Assembly: GCA_035299725.1 (NCBI GenBank)
Contig: DATGWB010000004.1
Location: 1 to 55,849, forward strand
Length of the DNA: 55,849 nt
Direction of reading: 5' to 3'
From: Thermoplasmata archaeon
GTDB lineage: Archaea; Thermoplasmatota; Thermoplasmata; RBG-16-68-12
Shown here: piece by piece, positions 54,352 through 55,849 of the stretch
How positions within the stretch are numbered: position 1 is the first letter of the stretch
Layout: each line of letters begins with the position of its first letter
Program-made: the position numbers and the translations under genes
The notes under the pieces: model-generated
Seen by the model: only the letters and a program-made list of their open reading frames with translations
Database searches by the model: none
What the model was told of the DNA's origin: nothing

Positions 54352-55458
54352 ATGGATTCCATTGTCAGGGAAGTCGTGAGTCGTTCGGGCGTTCAGCCGC
54401 GGCTTCCTGAATCCCCCACGCAGACGATGGGCGTCGGCGCGGAGGACGCCGAACTCGAACGGATCCTCGCGAGCCTGAGGACGAACATCAAGATCGTCGG
54501 CATTGGAGGGGGCGGCTGCAACACGATTGACCGGCTCGTCGAGTCCGGGATCGTCGGGGCGGAGCTCTTCGCCGCGAACACGGACGCCCAGCATCTCCTC
54601 ATCGTCCGGTCGCCTCACAAGCTCCTCCTCGGACGCCGGGTCACGCGCGGCCTTGGGGCCGGAGCGCTCCCCCAAGTCGGCGAGGAGTCCGCCCGCGAGG
54701 CGGCGGACGAACTCCGCTCGGTCGTCCAGGGGGCGGACATGGTCTTCATCACGTGCGGCCTCGGCGGCGGGACCGGCACGGGCGGCGCCCCGGTCCTCGC
54801 CCAGCTGTCGAAGGAGGCGGGCGCCCTCACGATCGCGATCTGCACGTTCCCGTTCCGGGCCGAGGGTGCGATCCGAGCCGAGAACGCCGAGTACGGCCTC
54901 GAGAAGCTCCGGAACTTCGCGGACACGGTCGTCGTGATCCCGAATGACAAACTCCTTGAACTCGTCCCGCGTCTGGCGCTGAATGCGGCGTTCAAGGTCG
55001 CGGACGATGTGCTGATGCGCGCGATCAAAGGGATCACGGAAATCATCACGAAGCCCGGCCTCGTCAACCTCGACTTCAACGACATCAAGACGATCATGAA
55101 GGGCGGCGGGGTGGCGATGATCGGCCTGGGCGAGTCCGATCGGGACAACCGCTCGGAGGAGGCGATCGAAGAGGCGATCAATTCGCCCCTGATCGACGTC
55201 GACATCAGCGCCGCGACGGGAGCCCTCGTGAACGTCACGGGCGGGAACGACATGAGCGTCGCCGAGGCCGAGAAGGTCGCCGAGATCGTCCAGGGTCGCA
55301 TTGCGCCGAACGCGCGGATCATCTGGGGCGCCGCGGTCGACCCGAGCTTGGAGCACAAGCTGCGGGTCATGCTCATCCTGACCGGCGTGCGATCGAAGCA
55401 GATCCTGGGCCCGGGGGAGCACGTGCGCTCCCACGGCGGGGTCGACATCGTGCGGTGA
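54352..55458 (+). CDS. ftsZ: cell division GTPase FtsZ (downstream tandem copy)
   Basis: GIGGGGCN, NTDAQHL, GLGGGTGTGGAPV and NLDFNDI are present. The start is set at MDSIVREVVSRSG by homology with copy 1. The track ORF starts at 54304, which would fit a leaderless start after the TATA-like element. Confidence 0.93.
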   Translation: MDSIVREVVSRSGVQPRLPESPTQTMGVGAEDAELERILASLRTNIKIVGIGGGGCNTIDRLVESGIVGAELFAANTDAQHLLIVRSPHKLLLGRRVTRGLGAGALPQVGEESAREAADELRSVVQGADMVFITCGLGGGTGTGGAPVLAQLSKEAGALTIAICTFPFRAEGAIRAENAEYGLEKLRNFADTVVVIPNDKLLELVPRLALNAAFKVADDVLMRAIKGITEIITKPGLVNLDFNDIKTIMKGGGVAMIGLGESDRDNRSEEAIEEAINSPLIDVDISAATGALVNVTGGNDMSVAEAEKVAEIVQGRIAPNARIIWGAAVDPSLEHKLRVMLILTGVRSKQILGPGEHVRSHGGVDIVR

Positions 55459-55462
55459 GGCC

Positions 55463-55714
55463 ATGGCGGACATCGTGGACCGGAGCTGGGAGGTTCAACG
55501 GCGGATCGAGGAGCGTGCGAAACGCCTCGGGAAGGGCCGCTACGGCCGCGTCCTGAAGATGGCGCGTCGGCCCACGTCGGACGAGTATTCCAAGGTCGTG
55601 TTGATTACGGGCCTCGGGATCGCTGCGATCGGCGCGCTGGGCTTCGTCATCTACCTGATCATGCGATACGGTCCCGGCGTCTTCCACGGGATTTTCGGTT
55701 ACCTGGGGCTGTGA
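55463..55714 (+). CDS. secE: protein translocase subunit SecE (Sec61-gamma)
   Basis: 83 aa. The pattern R.A.KP...EY......TG.G....G..GF.I is present with a single C-terminal TM. The classic ftsZ-secE-nusG synteny supports the call. Confidence 0.85.
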   Translation: MADIVDRSWEVQRRIEERAKRLGKGRYGRVLKMARRPTSDEYSKVVLITGLGIAAIGALGFVIYLIMRYGPGVFHGIFGYLGL

Positions 55715-55718
55715 TGGC

Positions 55719-55849
55719 ATGGGATTGCTCGACGATCTCTCGAAGCGCGAGGCGAGGTCGGAGTCCAAGCCCGAGCCGCCCGCGGTCGGCCACTACGCCG
55801 TGAAACTGGACCTGAAGGAAGAGAAAGTCTCCCTCACGGCCGGACAGAC
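55719..55849 (+). CDS. probable transcription elongation factor Spt5/NusG (5' fragment, runs off the window)
   Basis: The frame is open from ATG 55719 with G/C-rich third positions and contains YAVK...TAGQ. The call rests mainly on the conserved secE-spt5 gene order. Confidence 0.4.
   Translation, partial: MGLLDDLSKREARSESKPEPPAVGHYAVKLDLKEEKVSLTAGQ

Overview
This is a GC-rich archaeal chromosomal segment with a strong G/C bias at third codon positions. The archaeal call rests on aIF5A, aIF1A, Nop5, RtcB, Csl4, Rio1, SecE/Spt5 and archaemetzincin. DNA gyrase and FtsZ point to a Euryarchaeota/Thermoplasmatota-type lineage, but that is inference only. I support about 62 protein-coding genes and 3 tRNAs (Val-TAC, Val-CAC, Cys-GCA). 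I see no rRNA, CRISPR array, transposase, integrase or prophage signal.

Most of the window is housekeeping:
- A long minus-strand run (12.9 to 6.3 kb) carries Nop5, an MtnA-like isomerase, aIF5A, agmatinase, RtcB and archaemetzincin.
- The conserved aIF1A-Rio1-KH(Dim2) trio is followed by PPDK.
- A CoA/folate/repair block holds pantoate kinase, CoaBC, FolC and Nth.
- gyrB-gyrA is present.
- A cysteine-themed block holds CysRS, cystathionine gamma-lyase/synthase, CBS and tRNA-Cys.
- Two tandem FtsZ genes sit upstream of secE-spt5.

The items most worth a second look:
1. A tightly coupled three-gene module at 19.1-21.1 kb. It has an E1-like adenylyltransferase with an extra C-terminal domain, a ThiI-type PP-loop ATPase lacking its RNA-binding domains, and a stand-alone copy of the E1 extra domain.
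2. A Ras/Rab-like small GTPase fused to a winged-helix-like tail, heading an apparent GTPase-methyltransferase-Csl4 operon.
3. Two genes (a METTL5-like methyltransferase and PPDK) whose conserved N-termini lie upstream of any canonical in-frame start. Each has a well-placed ATG one frame away and a 4-nt homopolymer next to it.
4. A recent-looking tandem FtsZ duplication.
5. An archaeal CDIN1/TPD-type PD-(D/E)XK protein.
6. A tRNA-Cys with A73 instead of the expected U73.
7. Two unusual non-coding spacers.

All family calls come from reading motifs in the translated ORFs. No database search was run.
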